From: an uncultured cyanobacterium
GTDB lineage: Bacteria > Cyanobacteriota > Cyanobacteriia > Cyanobacteriales > Nostocaceae
Reading direction: 5' to 3'
Assembly (NCBI GenBank): GCA_963706595.1
Contig: OY970166.1
Coordinates: 2,944,001-3,008,000 of the forward strand
Length of the DNA stretch: 64,000 nucleotides
The notes beneath the pieces are model-generated. The model saw only the letters and a list, made by a program, of their open reading frames with translations. It was not told where the DNA came from and did no database searches. Positions 61,125 to 64,000 of this stretch are shown here, piece after piece. Position 1 is the stretch's first letter. Each line of letters begins with the position of its first letter. Position numbers and translations under genes: made by a program.

Positions 61125-61535
61125 AGTCAGGAGAGGGAGCAAGAATCATTTTAGTAGGGTGTGTTGTCGCGTAGCGCAACGCACAATTTTCAATTATCTG
61201 TCAGTCCACTACCATTTTTTGCAACATTTTAAGCTTGTCACGCCAGTAGCCTGAGTCAGGAGAGGGAGCAAGAATCATTTTAGTAGGGTGTGTTGTCGCG
61301 TAGCGCAACGCACCATTTTCAATTATCTGTCAGTCCACTACCATTTTTTGCAACATTTTAAGCTTGTCACGCCAGTAGCCTGAGTCAGGAGAGGGAGCAA
61401 GAATCATTTTAGTAGGGTGTGTTGTCGCGTAGCGCAACGCACCATTTTCAATTATCTGTCAGTCCACTACCATTTTTTGCAACATTTTAAGCTTGTCATG
61501 CCAGTAGCCTGAGTCAGGAGAGGGAGCAAGAATCA
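61125..61535. repeat. Tandem array of 129-bp units (3 full + 24 bp)
   Basis: Units start at 61125, 61254, 61383, 61512 and are nearly identical. Confidence 0.92.
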
Positions 61536-61744
61536 GAAGAATTGAATATACGTTCGCCATAGCATCTTACCTGATAAGTAAATTTAATCATGTACCTTGA
61601 GATAGATTTAAGCATAATTCATTAAACAGTATATTTAGATATACAGGACATCATGGTTCCCGAAATATCATGCTAAATAACTGATTTTCATGGCAAAATT
61701 TCCCATCCTGATTTAGTGTTAATTAATTTGTTTTTAGGTTTTCT

Positions 61745-63055
61745 ATGACATCCCCTGAGCCGCAAACTGAATTTGGAAAAAATCTTTCACAAACCTCAAA
61801 CAAGTCACTCTTAAAACAACGACGGTGGCTGCGATTATCGTTAGCTTTTATACTAATTTTTGGGGGTGGAACGGCTACACTTTGGCGTGTTTTAACCCCT
61901 ACAAATCAAGCACAACTTACTAATATTAAAACTCCAGGTGTCAGAGTCAAGGTATCACCAGTACAAATTGGTACAGTTGAGGAAAGTTCAGACTTTGTTG
62001 CTAGCTTAGAGTCTCAGCGTTCAGTACAGATACCATCAAAAATTTCGGGACAAGTTACCCAAATATTTCTGAAATCGGGAGATCCAGTTACAGCCGGCAC
62101 AGCCATTATCCAAGTAGACTCTAGACAAGCAACAATCGATGAAATTAATACTGCTAGACAGGCTGCTATAGCAAAACGAGAAAATGCCCGTGCTAAACTT
62201 CAGTCTCTGGAAGCAGCACGCCAATCTCAAACTGTTGATTTGCAATTGAAGCAACAGGACTATGAAAGGTATGCTAACTTAGCAGCGCAGGGAGCAGTAT
62301 CTCGACGTTCTAGGGATGAGTATGGGAGTATTGTAGCTACAGCCAAGGCTTATCTGAGCGCAATTAATGCCCAGATTCAAGGAGAGCAAACCACCATTTC
62401 ACAGGCTGAAAAATCTGTGCAGCAAGCCGAGGAAAATATTAAGAACCAACAAATCCAGCCTCGGAGCTATAAAATTACAGCACCTTTTAGCGGCATAGTT
62501 GGCAATATTCCCGTGAAAGTAGGTGATTTAGTGAATACTTTTACGCCACTGGTGACAGTTTCTCAGAAACAACCTTTGGAAGTGAATATTTCTGTTCCAC
62601 CTGAACAAAGTAACCAATTACTTCAGGGAATGCCTGTAGAAGTTTTGAATCCGCAAGGTGAAATTTTAAGTAGTAGTAAAATATCTGTAATTGCTCCTGA
62701 TACTAATAATGAGAAGCCATCAATTCTGGTAAAAGCACTTTTTAATAATTCAGAAGGTCAGCTAAAACCAGAACAATTAGTGCGGGCTAGAGTAATTTTT
62801 AATCAGCGTTCTGGGGTATTAGTCCCTACAAAAGCAGTGTCTCGTTTAGGTGGAGAAACTTTTGTCTATGTGATCAAAACGGAAAAATCTCCACAAGGAA
62901 TATCTCAATTAATAGCTCGACAAAAGCAGGTAAAATTAGGCAATATCAGAGATAATCATTACCAAGTTTTGGCAGGATTACAACCTGAAGATCAAATTAT
63001 TACTTCAGGATTGCTGAATGTTAAAGATGGTGTGCCGATAGTGCCTGAATCTTGA
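61745..63055 (+). CDS. Efflux RND/ABC periplasmic adaptor (membrane fusion protein)
   Basis: N-terminal TM, lipoyl halves (ISGQV...GDPV; ITAPFSGIV...VGDLV), coiled hairpin. Confidence 0.9.
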   Translation: MTSPEPQTEFGKNLSQTSNKSLLKQRRWLRLSLAFILIFGGGTATLWRVLTPTNQAQLTNIKTPGVRVKVSPVQIGTVEESSDFVASLESQRSVQIPSKISGQVTQIFLKSGDPVTAGTAIIQVDSRQATIDEINTARQAAIAKRENARAKLQSLEAARQSQTVDLQLKQQDYERYANLAAQGAVSRRSRDEYGSIVATAKAYLSAINAQIQGEQTTISQAEKSVQQAEENIKNQQIQPRSYKITAPFSGIVGNIPVKVGDLVNTFTPLVTVSQKQPLEVNISVPPEQSNQLLQGMPVEVLNPQGEILSSSKISVIAPDTNNEKPSILVKALFNNSEGQLKPEQLVRARVIFNQRSGVLVPTKAVSRLGGETFVYVIKTEKSPQGISQLIARQKQVKLGNIRDNHYQVLAGLQPEDQIITSGLLNVKDGVPIVPES

Positions 63056-63083
63056 TATTCATTAATTGGTAATTGGTAGAGAC

Positions 63084-63182
63084 GTTATCAGTTAAGTGAG
63101 ATATAAGAACCCCACCCCCAACCCCCTCCCCGCAAGCGAGGAGGGGGCTATGATGTACTTCATTCAAGTGCATACCGCTATA
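63084..63182. mobile_element. Left-truncated type A MITE
   Basis: Matches 12362-12460. Confidence 0.8.
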
Positions 63183-63231
63183 ATTAGTAATTAGTAATTA
63201 GTAATGAATAAAAGTTTTTACTAATTACCAG

Positions 63232-63558
63232 TTAGGGTGAAATTTTTTCATCTTGGTTTTTACTCCGGAATCTTGATATAGTATTGAGGTCATCTTCTTC
63301 CTGCTTTAGTACATAGTACAGTTCAAAATTATGTTGAAGATTGAGCCAAAACTCAGAACTATTTCCCAAAAACTTAGATAGACGTAATGCAGTACTTGGG
63401 GTTACACCACGCTTCCCATTCACTAGTTCATTAATTCGTTGGTAGGGAACATGAATTGCTTGTGCAAGTTCGGTTTGTGATATCCGCATTGGTTCTAAAA
63501 AGTCCTTTAGCAGAATTTCTCCTGGATGTGTGGGAATCCGATTTTTTGGGGTTCTCAT
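63232..63558 (-). CDS. higA: HigA antitoxin (HTH-XRE)
   Basis: PTHPGEIL, SQTELA, RINELVNGKRGVT, EFWLNLQ. Confidence 0.92.
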   Translation of the reverse strand: MRTPKNRIPTHPGEILLKDFLEPMRISQTELAQAIHVPYQRINELVNGKRGVTPSTALRLSKFLGNSSEFWLNLQHNFELYYVLKQEEDDLNTISRFRSKNQDEKISP

Positions 63559-63572
63559 ATCTCTATTACTTC

Positions 63573-63866
63573 TTAATGATAATCCACTATTTCAACAAGA
63601 GCAGGTCCTTCTGGTGTCCATGCAAAACAAACTCTATATTTGTCATTAATGCGAATGCTGTAATAACCTTTTTTATCTCCTTTTAGTGCTTCTAACTTAT
63701 TTCCTGGTGGTACTTTCATATCATCTATGCAAAAAGCCGCATTTAATTGGTCTAATTTTCTCTGTGCAATTTCCCAAAGATGAGTGGGGCAATTCTTCCG
63801 AGCATCTTTTGAATCGTTCCCATCGAAAATATCTTCAGTTCCTTTATCTTTAAATGATAATATCAT
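63573..63866 (-). CDS. higB: HigB toxin (RelE/ParE family)
   Basis: MILSFKDK, PPGNKLEALKGD, YSIRINDKYRVCF, EIVDYH. Confidence 0.92.
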   Translation of the reverse strand: MILSFKDKGTEDIFDGNDSKDARKNCPTHLWEIAQRKLDQLNAAFCIDDMKVPPGNKLEALKGDKKGYYSIRINDKYRVCFAWTPEGPALVEIVDYH

Positions 63867-63867
63867 T

Positions 63868-63896
63868 TTAGCATGATAACACGGGTGATATGCTAA
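63868..63896 (-). promoter_or_regulatory. Inverted-repeat operator overlapping the higBA promoter
   Basis: TTAGCAT-15 nt-ATGCTAA spanning an extended -10 (TGTTATCAT on the minus strand). Confidence 0.55.
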
Positions 63897-64000
63897 GATA
63901 TCATAATTATCAATTTAATTTGGGTTAGAAAATATCGGCTGGGTCGGCTGAGTTTAATTTTCGCATCAAACCTCACCCCAACCCTCTCCTTAGTAAGGAG

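Noticed and set aside
61125..61535. CRISPR array
   Set aside because: Whole units are near-identical, with no unique spacers and no cas genes
61125..61535. Link between the 129-bp array and the 129-bp WD40 repeats
   Set aside because: No sequence similarity; equal period appears coincidental

Overview
Chromosomal window of a filamentous, probably heterocyst-forming cyanobacterium (Nostocales): frequent HIP1 octamers (GCGATCGC), heptamer STRRs and many MITE/SDR repeats. Housekeeping content includes sdhA, pheT, a mannose-1-P guanylyltransferase/mutase, ssb, pabAB, cysK, a 1-Cys peroxiredoxin, hpsL/N/O/P-like genes, glmM, heme oxygenase, cobW, moaC, tRNA-Arg(ACG) and a yybP-ykoY riboswitch upstream of a TMEM165/GDT1 gene. 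An accessory block of about 10 kb (17.2-27.1 kb) appears free of HIP1 by eye. It holds a 1584-aa WD40-repeat + transmembrane KAP-NTPase protein with hypervariable repeat codons, and an Rpn (DUF2887-type) gene split in frame by an intact group II intron (23672-26054). The intron sits upstream of an internal RBS/ATG for a putative small antitoxin, and a second free-standing copy of that small module follows. Other notable items: a BDLP + dynamin-J-domain operon, hicAB and higBA, DUF29/Uma2 genes, two single-base frameshifted genes, nested/composite MITEs and a 129-bp tandem array. All assignments come from motif reading and recall; no database searches were run.
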